Source: Bacteroidia bacterium | GTDB taxonomy: Bacteria; Bacteroidota; Bacteroidia; NS11-12g; UBA9320 | Assembly (NCBI GenBank): GCA_965216465.1 | Contig: CBDCFW010000005.1 | Span: forward strand, 352,001 to 416,000 | Length of the DNA stretch: 64,000 bases | Direction of reading: 5' to 3' | Shown: in pieces, positions 45,382 through 54,740 of the stretch | How positions within the stretch are numbered: the stretch's first letter is position 1 | Layout of the letters: every line of letters begins with the position of its first letter | Made by a program: the position numbers and the translations under genes | The notes under the pieces: generated by a model | What the model was told of the DNA's origin: nothing | The model's input: only the letters and a program-made list of their open reading frames with translations | Databases searched by the model: none

Positions 45382-48330
45382 TTATAAAGTATAGCCTAAG
45401 CTAAAATGAAATCGAGACGAGATAATTTCCGTCTCTTCTACACCAAAGGCGTAGTCTAATCGAATGTCGTAATTATACAAGCGAGAACCAAACCCAAATC
45501 CGTATCCTGCAATAAGCGGATTTTTAAATGCCCTCACTTGAGCAACTATTGTACCCGTTGATGACACCACTGTTGTTTGATTAAGATTGTTGGCCTTGTC
45601 GTATATATTTTTACCGTAATAAGTCAAACCTAAATCTGCAAATGGGATAAATCTTAAGTTTGAAACTAATTCTGATGATATCGGCCGCTGAATTATTTTA
45701 TTTATAACGTCAATCGACAAGTCTACACTCGACTGTAAATAGGTAGACCCATTTCTGTAGTTCCCACCAAATCCGCGAACTCCATAAATCAACTGATAAT
45801 TCATTGGACTAAGATCATCGCTAAAACTTTGATCGCCATTAGCAATCAACAAATCATTTTGAGCCCCTCCTAAAACAAAATAGGTTGGATTATCTCCAAA
45901 AGATACCCCAGTGTTTAATCTATATTTTAAAACAAACCAATTTCTTGAATCATAGGTGAAATCCAGATTAGATTGTAACCCGACATTCCATTGCTCTTTT
46001 AACAGACCATAACTTGGATTAATTATAATATCTGCACCTAGCTTACTACGGTCGTGTGCAAGATCTAAACTAACTTGCTCCTTAACATTCAATTGCAAAG
46101 TGTTTTGCCCAACTTGTTGTAAGCTTTCATTATCCGAAGCCAAGATGGTAAAGTTATCCCATCTCAATTGTGGCTGACTTAACCACGAAATGCCTTTGCC
46201 TAAATCGATTCTGTAGTTAAGCTGTAAGAGGTCTGTAACAACTCGAAACGACTCCTCAGGACGAATAACCTTTCTTTGCCTATGTAATATTGCCCCTCCC
46301 AAACTGATATTTTGGCCTTTAACACGTTCATAGTTAATTAAAAGATCATGCGCTCCTGGCTGCAATAAACCTTTATACATTACCTCTAGCGACTTAGTCC
46401 CAAATTGATTTGAAAACCTTGAACCAAGCTGTACATTTAGGTTATTAGGAAAAAATGCTTGAATTGATTTATCAAAAACAATTGTATTATTTAACAGTTG
46501 ATCAGTTGTTAATGAAACTTGTGAATACTTCGCTTGAAGCAACTCAGGTGCCTCAACATTGATATCCGAAATACTGCTTCGTTTAAGTGCCTCTTTTGCC
46601 AACGAATCGTAGTTCGACAGAGTGAAGTCAAAGGCGTCATTGATTGGGCTTTGAAAAGAGTAATCCAATAACGAGTCAACGGCAAGTAAACCAATTGAAT
46701 CTTGCTCTTCAATCCCATCATCCATTATGGTATTAAAATATGAGGGATCTATACTGTTATATGTATAGAACTCAGATGTAGTTAGAAAATCTGTAATAAA
46801 CAAGGATGAAAATCTATGGCGATCGAGATACTCAACAAAAACATCTTCTGTGTATTGATGAAAGGCAATGTTTGACCTATAATTGGTCACCTTCGATGTA
46901 AAATTATCCTTTGTATTCCACATTTGACCGTTCCAAATTCCATTTTCATTTGCATTAAAAAGAACCGTACTATCGTTTGCCAAAATAATTTGTTTACACT
47001 GAAATCCATTAATCTCTATTTGAGCCTTGATATTCATTTCTAGATCAGAAACAGAAATTGTAGATTGGCGAAGTAATGCAATACAATTAGGACTGACAGA
47101 TATCGATTGCACAAATCCTTCAACAGAATCTATAAGACTTACTTGATCATTATTGTACTTGTAAATCTTGCTGTAGAAAGGTGAAGAACTACACCAATAT
47201 AGAATATCATTACGCTGGCAGGCATAAGTAATATGGTCTTCACTAATTTTGACTGAATTGATTTTACCTTTTTCAAACCTCCATAGCCAAGTACCCTCTT
47301 TCGATTGTGTGAAGAGCACAATCTCATTCTTCATTTTTTGCACTCCTCCGCTAAATCGATTCAGAGGAATGTGTGATTTAGGTAATTGAAATAATTTTTT
47401 TTGCTTATTCCTCGAAGGTGTGTATCTGAATAATGCATTTCCGCCCCATGTCGACTCTACAGTATAATACTTATTGGGCGATTCTACATATATATCATAT
47501 AGGTTATTTATATCTAGCTTTAATCCGTTAACAGGGTTTGGTTTCTGTTGATCGTAAGAATAAGCCATATTAAAATACTTCTGCCAGCCTTCATAGATCT
47601 CATTTAAGGATACTTGAAAAGAATAGTATGAAGCTGCATGCAATTTTCGTGTTAAACGAATCATGTACAACATAGTAGGAATGGCATCCTCACCGTACAA
47701 GCTGGTTAGGTACTTCCAAAATGAGGCCCCCTTAACTGTATTGTATTCAGCAGGAATACTATTAAAGTTGTCAAATCCATACTCATCGTGAATAAGCCGC
47801 ATTTGATTATCACATTCTATGCCCCACGATGACGTAAGATACTCAACCAATCCAGGTATAACCCAATCTGGCAGGTATATAAGATTTGAGTTTTTCAGTT
47901 TATCCTGAAAACTACCTCCTGTCATCATTTCATTGATTAAAACTTCAGCGGCAGCTTTCCGAAAGGAGATAATCATTTCCTCTTTTTGCATACTTAGAGC
48001 CAAGATCACCTGAGTGGTTTGTAATTGAATCACTCCTCCCTGGTCAACACCTTCTAACTTTATTTTCTTTTGAAGCTCGTAAACTTGATATGGCGAATTC
48101 ACCACAAATACATCTATTTGCTGATTAACGTGATAATTAAGTTTTCGCTGAAGGTCGAGTAATTCCATCTTTAACGCTGAATCCATTTCCAAAAGCAATT
48201 GTTCAGTCTGAGGTTGGTAATAATAATTAAAGTCGGCAGTTGACTTTAACCTCCATTGAGCACTTAACTTGCTATTTGATGCACATACAAGTAATACTGT
48301 CCAAACTGTATATAGAATAACCCGCTTCAA
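45382..48330 (-). CDS. Large outer-membrane protein (peptidase-MA-like N-terminus, propeller-like middle, Omp85-like barrel)
   Basis: Signal peptide; LPDWVIPGLVEY; barrel-type C-terminus with VRGF, FADLG, IRLDYAFG, FHFSLGYTL. Confidence 0.55.
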   Translation of the reverse strand: MKRVILYTVWTVLLVCASNSKLSAQWRLKSTADFNYYYQPQTEQLLLEMDSALKMELLDLQRKLNYHVNQQIDVFVVNSPYQVYELQKKIKLEGVDQGGVIQLQTTQVILALSMQKEEMIISFRKAAAEVLINEMMTGGSFQDKLKNSNLIYLPDWVIPGLVEYLTSSWGIECDNQMRLIHDEYGFDNFNSIPAEYNTVKGASFWKYLTSLYGEDAIPTMLYMIRLTRKLHAASYYSFQVSLNEIYEGWQKYFNMAYSYDQQKPNPVNGLKLDINNLYDIYVESPNKYYTVESTWGGNALFRYTPSRNKQKKLFQLPKSHIPLNRFSGGVQKMKNEIVLFTQSKEGTWLWRFEKGKINSVKISEDHITYACQRNDILYWCSSSPFYSKIYKYNNDQVSLIDSVEGFVQSISVSPNCIALLRQSTISVSDLEMNIKAQIEINGFQCKQIILANDSTVLFNANENGIWNGQMWNTKDNFTSKVTNYRSNIAFHQYTEDVFVEYLDRHRFSSLFITDFLTTSEFYTYNSIDPSYFNTIMDDGIEEQDSIGLLAVDSLLDYSFQSPINDAFDFTLSNYDSLAKEALKRSSISDINVEAPELLQAKYSQVSLTTDQLLNNTIVFDKSIQAFFPNNLNVQLGSRFSNQFGTKSLEVMYKGLLQPGAHDLLINYERVKGQNISLGGAILHRQRKVIRPEESFRVVTDLLQLNYRIDLGKGISWLSQPQLRWDNFTILASDNESLQQVGQNTLQLNVKEQVSLDLAHDRSKLGADIIINPSYGLLKEQWNVGLQSNLDFTYDSRNWFVLKYRLNTGVSFGDNPTYFVLGGAQNDLLIANGDQSFSDDLSPMNYQLIYGVRGFGGNYRNGSTYLQSSVDLSIDVINKIIQRPISSELVSNLRFIPFADLGLTYYGKNIYDKANNLNQTTVVSSTGTIVAQVRAFKNPLIAGYGFGFGSRLYNYDIRLDYAFGVEETEIISSRFHFSLGYTL

Positions 48331-48418
48331 TTCAATTGCAATATACCTATAACGTTAAATTTATTGAAATAGCACTTTACAAAAGATTAGATTGATTTTT
48401 TTATTTACGTTTGCCGCA

Positions 48419-49663
48419 ATGCTACACGGACAAGAACACGGACAAGATTATTACATTGGATTAGAAGACAAATACGGTGCACATAACTATAAGCCTTTAC
48501 CAGTAGTTTTGGCCAAAGGAGATGGTGCCTTTGTGTGGGATACAGACGGCAAAAAGTACTTTGATTTTTTAAGTGCTTACAGTGCAGTAAACCAAGGACA
48601 TTGTCATCCTCGTATTGTAAATGCCTTAAAAGAGCAAGCTGAAACACTTACTTTAACTTCACGTGCCTTTTATAACAATGTATTAGGAGAGTTTGAAAAG
48701 TATATGACTGAATACTTTGGATTTGACAAAGTTTTGGCCATGAATACGGGTGCTGAAGCCGTTGAAACAGCATTAAAACTTTGTAGAAAGTGGGCTTATA
48801 CCGTAAAAGGAACTCCTGAAAATGATGCAGTCATCTTATTTGCTGGCGAGAACTTTCACGGAAGAACTCTTGGGGTAATTTCTGGAAGTACAGATCCGGA
48901 AAGCAGAACAGGATTTGGACCATTTTTACCTGGCTTGCAGGTTATTGAATATAACAATCTAGAAAGTTTAGAAAATGCGTTAAAAGCTAATCCTAATATA
49001 GCTGGTTTTATAGTTGAGCCTATTCAAGGGGAAGCTGGTGTAGTTGTACCTGATGATGGTTACCTTAAAAAAGCAGCTGAGCTTTGCAAAAAACACAATG
49101 CATTATTTATTGCTGATGAAGTGCAAACAGGTATAGCAAGAACAGGAAAACTCATATGTTGTGAGCATGACAACGCCAAACCTGATATTTTAATCTTAGG
49201 TAAAGCTTTAAGCGGTGGTGTTTACCCTGTAAGTGCTGTATTAGCCAATGATGAAATCATGTTAAGCATAAAGCCAGGTGAACACGGAAGTACTTTCGGT
49301 GGAAATCCTGTTGCAGGTAAGGTTGCGATGGCTGCTTTAGATGTTGTTCGCGACGAAAACCTTGCAGACAAAGCTGAACAAATGGGGAAAATCTTTAGAG
49401 ATCGAATGGAGAAAATAGACTCTCCTTTAATCACTAAAGTTAGAGGAAAAGGCCTTTTGAATGCGATTGTGATCAAACCGTTTGAACACAACTTTGAAGA
49501 GCGCACAGCGTATTATGTTTGCTTGAAATTAAGAGATGCGGGATTGTTAGCAAAGCAAACGCATACTCATATTATTCGCTTTGCACCTCCATTAGTAATT
49601 ACAGAAGACCAAGTGAATGAGGCCTGTGATATAATTGAACGTGTAATAACGGAACTTAGCTAA
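48419..49663 (+). CDS. rocD: Ornithine--oxo-acid aminotransferase
   Basis: GAHNYKPLP; [16 protein letters not shown]; EPIQGEAG; GKALSGG; HGSTFGGNP; ATG 48419. Confidence 0.95.
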   Translation: MLHGQEHGQDYYIGLEDKYGAHNYKPLPVVLAKGDGAFVWDTDGKKYFDFLSAYSAVNQGHCHPRIVNALKEQAETLTLTSRAFYNNVLGEFEKYMTEYFGFDKVLAMNTGAEAVETALKLCRKWAYTVKGTPENDAVILFAGENFHGRTLGVISGSTDPESRTGFGPFLPGLQVIEYNNLESLENALKANPNIAGFIVEPIQGEAGVVVPDDGYLKKAAELCKKHNALFIADEVQTGIARTGKLICCEHDNAKPDILILGKALSGGVYPVSAVLANDEIMLSIKPGEHGSTFGGNPVAGKVAMAALDVVRDENLADKAEQMGKIFRDRMEKIDSPLITKVRGKGLLNAIVIKPFEHNFEERTAYYVCLKLRDAGLLAKQTHTHIIRFAPPLVITEDQVNEACDIIERVITELS

Positions 49664-51023
49664 TCCCTTTGCCAATTAGACTTGCGGTTGTGCTTCTTTC
49701 AATCAGCACATCAACGTAATCTCCCATTTTATAATTTTCCTTAGGGAAAATACATTTGATATTTTGTTCGTTTCTGCCCATCCATTCGTTCGGATTCTTC
49801 TTGCTTTGCATTTCAATCAATACGCGATGAACTTTCCCTTCCGCGGCCGCATTTTTTGCTTTTGAAACTTTATGCTGAGTTTCTATTACTTCAGCAAGTC
49901 TTCGCTTTTTAACCGATTCTTCAATATCATCTTCGTATTTACGAGCAGCCAATGTGCCTGGACGTTCAGAATAGAAGTACATGTAACTAAAATCAAATCC
50001 AGAATTAGCAACCAAATCGAGTGTTTCCTGATGTTCCTCCTCCGTTTCAGAGCAAAATCCACTGATAATATCACAACTAATTCCGCAATCTGGAATCAAT
50101 TCGCGAACTCGATTCAGCTTGCCCTCATACCATTCACGGGTATAACCTCGATTCATTTTTTCTAAAATTCTATCGTTACCGCTTTGCGCTGGAAGGTGAA
50201 TATGATTGCAAATGTTGTCATATTTCACCATTGTCTCTAAAACCTCATCGGTAATGTCTTTTGGATGTGATGTTGAAAAACGAACACGCAGATCTGGACT
50301 AATTTGGGCCACTTGATCAAGCAGTTTTGCAAAGTTGACACTTGATTCTTGTTCTTCCTGAGTCAGTTTATTGAAATCCTTTTTGGGACCTCCACCATAC
50401 CACAGATAGGAATCAACATTTTGCCCTAATAAAGTTACCTCTTTATAACCCTTTGCAACTAAGTCTCTGGCTTCTTCTACTATAGTCTCTGGATTTCGAC
50501 TTCTTTCTCTTCCTCGAGTAAAAGGAACAACACAGAAACTACACATATTATCGCAGCCCCTTGTTATTGATATAAAAGCAGTTACACCATTTGAATTTAA
50601 TCGTGTTGGCTGAATTTCACCGTAAGTTTCTTCAAGTGAAAGGATCACATTCATGCCTTTATGACCTTCTTCCACTTCTTGCAACAGTTGTGGCAATTCG
50701 CGGTAGGCATCAGGACCGGCAACAATGTCGACCAATTTTTCTTCTTCTAGCAATTTTTTCTTCAGTCGTTCTGCCATACAACCAAGAACCCCAATAGTTA
50801 AATCTCGATTGTGTTTTTTATTGTGTCGAAGCGATTTCAATCGATGTCTTATCTTTTGTTCGGCATTATCACGGATTGAACATGTGTTAATGAAAATGAT
50901 GTCTGCTTCCATTTCATCATTAATGGTTTCAATACCTTGCTCTGCCATGATAGATGCAACAACCTCACTATCGGCAAAATTCATTGCACATCCGTAACTT
51001 TCTATAAATAGCTTTTTCGACAT
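49656..51023 (-). CDS. miaB: tRNA-2-methylthio-N6-dimethylallyladenosine synthase
   Basis: YGCAMN; [10 protein letters not shown]; [12 protein letters not shown]; YSERPGT; C-terminal TRAM domain. Confidence 0.95.
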   Translation of the reverse strand: MSKKLFIESYGCAMNFADSEVVASIMAEQGIETINDEMEADIIFINTCSIRDNAEQKIRHRLKSLRHNKKHNRDLTIGVLGCMAERLKKKLLEEEKLVDIVAGPDAYRELPQLLQEVEEGHKGMNVILSLEETYGEIQPTRLNSNGVTAFISITRGCDNMCSFCVVPFTRGRERSRNPETIVEEARDLVAKGYKEVTLLGQNVDSYLWYGGGPKKDFNKLTQEEQESSVNFAKLLDQVAQISPDLRVRFSTSHPKDITDEVLETMVKYDNICNHIHLPAQSGNDRILEKMNRGYTREWYEGKLNRVRELIPDCGISCDIISGFCSETEEEHQETLDLVANSGFDFSYMYFYSERPGTLAARKYEDDIEESVKKRRLAEVIETQHKVSKAKNAAAEGKVHRVLIEMQSKKNPNEWMGRNEQNIKCIFPKENYKMGDYVDVLIERSTTASLIGKGIS

Positions 51024-51245
51024 TCGATTAAAATTGCCTGCAAAAGTAAGGATTGATTAGGTTTTCAAAATCATATCGAGGCATACAGTGCCATTTTCGA
51101 CGAATAATTCAATTTCTCACTGTGGCAGTTAAAGCTCTAAATTGCTGAAATTCAGCTCAACTACATTGAAATCTCCGCTTAATTACTATATCATGATAAA
51201 ACTAAATTCACTTTGTTGTTAATTCGTGGCTACAATTAATTACAT

Positions 51246-52019
51246 ATGAAAAAGTATTTTAAATTACTCTTTTTGATGGTACTAGGTGCCTCTTTATTAA
51301 CCCTTAACGCTTGTAAGGAAGAAACTACTGATGATCCAACTCCAACTCCTACGATTAACTGTTACCTAACTTCATTCAACGATGATGGCGACCTTTATAC
51401 GTATACTCTTGACGACGACAACACAGTGTTAAGCGTGACTAACGATGGTTCAACTACTAATTTCACGTACGATAACGACGGAAGATTAACAAATGCAACA
51501 GATGCTGATTTTGACGGGGTTTTTGTTTATTCAGGAGCGAACACACTTCCTGATAGAATTAACATCAACGCTCAAGGCCAAACATTTGCTTACCTTAAAG
51601 TAACCCATAGCAATGGCAACATTACTGAAGTAGAAAGTCACTTAATCGACCAACAATTAGGCGATATTGCTTTCACCAGAAACAGCTACACCTATAACGG
51701 TGGAGATGTTGTAAGCACAGTGGTAGAAGAATTTGACCTTCAGACTCAACAATTTACTGAGGCTGGTAGAGTTGAAAACATCACAAACGACGGTAAAGAG
51801 AACCCACTTAAGAGAAGCTTAGCTTATTTCTTTATGCATTTCGAAAATCCAAATGCAGTAGGAGCAAGTAATATTACTGGCGGAGATGTGACAGTTGATG
51901 GCAATACTGGAACCTTAACTATCGAGTATGACTACAACGAAAATGGATACCCAACTTCTGCTCTTCAGGTGGCTGATGGCGATTCATTGACTATGACTTA
52001 TGGTTACGACTGTAAATAA
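51246..52019 (+). CDS. Lipoprotein, beta-rich with YD-like motifs (DUF4595-like)
   Basis: Lipobox LNAC followed by acidic KEETTDD; FTYDNDGRL; DGKENP; C-terminal YDCK. Confidence 0.7.
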   Translation: MKKYFKLLFLMVLGASLLTLNACKEETTDDPTPTPTINCYLTSFNDDGDLYTYTLDDDNTVLSVTNDGSTTNFTYDNDGRLTNATDADFDGVFVYSGANTLPDRININAQGQTFAYLKVTHSNGNITEVESHLIDQQLGDIAFTRNSYTYNGGDVVSTVVEEFDLQTQQFTEAGRVENITNDGKENPLKRSLAYFFMHFENPNAVGASNITGGDVTVDGNTGTLTIEYDYNENGYPTSALQVADGDSLTMTYGYDCK

Positions 52020-52040
52020 TTATAAATAATATTACCAATT

Positions 52041-52067
52041 AAAGCCTCGCTCATTGCGGGGCTTTTT
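52041..52067 (+). terminator. Intrinsic terminator
   Basis: AAAGCCTCGC-tcatt-GCGGGGCTTTTT. Confidence 0.8.
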
Positions 52068-52107
52068 CATTATATAACAGCCTCTTTATTATATTCGTAA
52101 GCATCAC

Positions 52108-52872
52108 ATGAAAATAAAAATTTCAATTTTAATGCTGATTTTAATCTCATTTACTCAATGGGGTTGTAAAGATGACGACCAACCTGACCCAGAGCCAGCG
52201 GTTGAAGAAAGATGTGTAATGACCCAAAGTGTCATTCAAGGGGATACAACGAATTACTTTTATAATGACCAGTATCAGTTAACTCATACTACGGGAACAG
52301 CTAACAATGTAAGTTACGAGTACCACGACGATGGTCGAATTTTACGCTCAACAAGAGGCAATGTTATAAGCGAATTTGAATATTCAGATAATCTCCCTTC
52401 TAAAATCTCAGAAACTGAAAACGGGCAAACAACTCGAACCATAAAACTCGAATTTGAGAAAGGTCAGCTAAGCAAATATGAATATGTTGATCCGCAAGAT
52501 GTGGTAATGACACGAACAACGCTAAACTATGACGACGAAGGAAGACTGACTTCCTTTGAGCGTTTAGAATATGACCCAGTTGATGATACACTCTATCCCT
52601 TTTTTGAAGTGAAGAACACCATGGCTGATGGAAAAATTAACCCGTTTAATGACCAACTTGCAGTTCGATTACTTCATTTAGAAGAACCCGTGGCGCTAGG
52701 GAAATCAAATATGGTGAGTGCAGACCTTTACCTGTTTGGCAATTTAATAAAAGCTGAAGTCACCCATACATATAATGAATTTGACCTGCCACTAATATCT
52801 GAATTGATATTTGATAACCCGCAGTTTCCATCAAATACGATATACTATACCTACGACTGTCCAGAGAAATAA
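52108..52872 (+). CDS. Lipoprotein, diverged paralog of 51246-52019
   Basis: WGC-KDDD lipobox; YDDEGRL; DGKINP; C-terminal YDCPEK. Confidence 0.7.
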   Translation: MKIKISILMLILISFTQWGCKDDDQPDPEPAVEERCVMTQSVIQGDTTNYFYNDQYQLTHTTGTANNVSYEYHDDGRILRSTRGNVISEFEYSDNLPSKISETENGQTTRTIKLEFEKGQLSKYEYVDPQDVVMTRTTLNYDDEGRLTSFERLEYDPVDDTLYPFFEVKNTMADGKINPFNDQLAVRLLHLEEPVALGKSNMVSADLYLFGNLIKAEVTHTYNEFDLPLISELIFDNPQFPSNTIYYTYDCPEK

Positions 52873-52878
52873 CTACCG

Positions 52879-53808
52879 TTGAAATTTAAAATAGACTTTA
52901 ATATCCCTAAGCGACCGCTAGTTACCAACTGGCCAAGCTTTTTTATGTTAGGGTCTTGCTTTGCTGCAAATCAGTCGAAACGGCTGAATGAAAAGGGTTT
53001 CTCGGTATATGCGAATCCATTTGGTATTGTTTATAATCCTGTGAGCATCTCTTCTTTTCTCTATCGATTAAATGAGAATAAGGAATACACCGACAGCGAC
53101 TTTGTTCATTACGGAAAGTACTTCAGTCTTGAGCATCATGGAAAATTCAAGTATGACACGCTTGAGGAGGCGATATCAAAATCAAATGTGGCATTTCAAA
53201 AATCGCGTGCCGCATTAATAAACAGCGAGGTCATCGTTATCACATTTGGTACATCTTTAGTTTATCACAACACCGTTCACAAGAAGATAGTTGCTAACAA
53301 CCACAAGCTACCCAACAGAGATTTTGAATTGGTTCAACTTCAACTGGTAACGCTAAAGAATAGTATTGTAAATTGTGTCGGAGAAATTAGAAAGCTAAAT
53401 CCAGAAGCACATATTGTATTTACGATAAGCCCGACACGCCACCTGCGAAGTGGTGTTGTTGAAAGCAGCAGAAGTAAAGCAAGCCTAATTGCGGCGGTAC
53501 ATGAAACATTGCCTGACATGGAAAATGTCTCGTACTTCCCGGCCTATGAAATACAAATCGATGAATTGCGTGATTACCGGTTCACTAAAGAAGATTTGAT
53601 GCACCCTACCGTTCAGGCACAAGACTACATTCTTCAGCGATTTCTAGAAACATATTTAAACAAAACAGGAGACCAAATAAACCAAGAAGTCTCTAAGTTT
53701 AAGCAATTTGCAGCCCATCGCCCCATTTCTTCTCCTGACTTGCATGCACAACAAGTTGAAGAAAAAAGAAAGGAACTACACCAAAAATATCCATTTTTGA
53801 ACCTATGA
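52879..53808 (+). CDS. GSCFA domain protein (SGNH-like)
   Basis: LGSCFA; NPFGIVYNP; TISPTRH; YFPAYE; DELRDYRF; DLMHP. Confidence 0.88.
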   Translation: MKFKIDFNIPKRPLVTNWPSFFMLGSCFAANQSKRLNEKGFSVYANPFGIVYNPVSISSFLYRLNENKEYTDSDFVHYGKYFSLEHHGKFKYDTLEEAISKSNVAFQKSRAALINSEVIVITFGTSLVYHNTVHKKIVANNHKLPNRDFELVQLQLVTLKNSIVNCVGEIRKLNPEAHIVFTISPTRHLRSGVVESSRSKASLIAAVHETLPDMENVSYFPAYEIQIDELRDYRFTKEDLMHPTVQAQDYILQRFLETYLNKTGDQINQEVSKFKQFAAHRPISSPDLHAQQVEEKRKELHQKYPFLNL

Positions 53809-54716
53809 TTAAAACGGTGCTCATTACAGGCAGCAACGGGCTACTTGGCCAAAAACTGATTAAGCAGTATAAACAGAAGTCAAACATAAAACTAGTAGCT
53901 ACTAGCAGAGGAGAAGACCGATACCCCAATTCAGAAGGATACGACTACCGTTCAATGAATATCACTGACCGTAACGAAGTGTTTGCTTGTATTGGTGAAG
54001 TAAATCCAGATTGTATTATTAATACGGCTGCAATGACAAATGTTGATGCGTGTGAATCGGATAAAGTAGGTTGTAAGAAGCTAAATGTAGATGCTGTAGA
54101 ATACCTAGTTGAAGCGGCTAATGCATGCGACGCACACCTTATTCACTTAAGCACCGATTTCATCTTTGATGGTACAAAAGGACCTTATAAAGAAGATGAT
54201 GAACCAAATCCGTTGAGTTACTACGGATGGAGCAAGTTAGAATCTGAAAGGATTGTACGCGAATCATGTAAAACATGGTCAATCGCCAGAACCATGTTGG
54301 TTTACGGAATTGTTCACGATATGAGTAGAAGCAATATTGTACTTTGGGCCAAAGGAGCCTTGGAAAAAGGTCAGCCTATTAATGTTGTGAATGACCAATT
54401 TAGAACACCGACGTTGGCTGAAGACCTAGCTAAAGGTTGTATGCTTATAGAAGAAAAAGAAGCCCAAGGCGTATTCAATATTAGTGGTAAAGACTTTATG
54501 AGTATAGTTGAAATGGTTGAGCGTGTCGCAAAATACTTTGACCTCGACCCGAGCATCATCTCAACTATTAGCAGTGAAACACTGAACCAAGCGGCTAAAC
54601 GGCCTCCGATTACAGGTTTTGACCTAACCAAAAGTAGAAAGATGCTAGGCTACGAACCTCGTTCTTATGAAGAAGGAATTGCCCTTCTAATGCAGCAGAT
54701 TGAAGCAACGAATTAG
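53805..54716 (+). CDS. dTDP-4-dehydrorhamnose reductase-like SDR (RmlD family)
   Basis: ITGSNGLLGQ; AAMTNVDACE; STDFIFDG; YGWSK; DQFRTPT. Confidence 0.85.
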   Translation: MIKTVLITGSNGLLGQKLIKQYKQKSNIKLVATSRGEDRYPNSEGYDYRSMNITDRNEVFACIGEVNPDCIINTAAMTNVDACESDKVGCKKLNVDAVEYLVEAANACDAHLIHLSTDFIFDGTKGPYKEDDEPNPLSYYGWSKLESERIVRESCKTWSIARTMLVYGIVHDMSRSNIVLWAKGALEKGQPINVVNDQFRTPTLAEDLAKGCMLIEEKEAQGVFNISGKDFMSIVEMVERVAKYFDLDPSIISTISSETLNQAAKRPPITGFDLTKSRKMLGYEPRSYEEGIALLMQQIEATN

Positions 54717-54740
54717 TATATTCGTGGGTCAATCAAGTGT

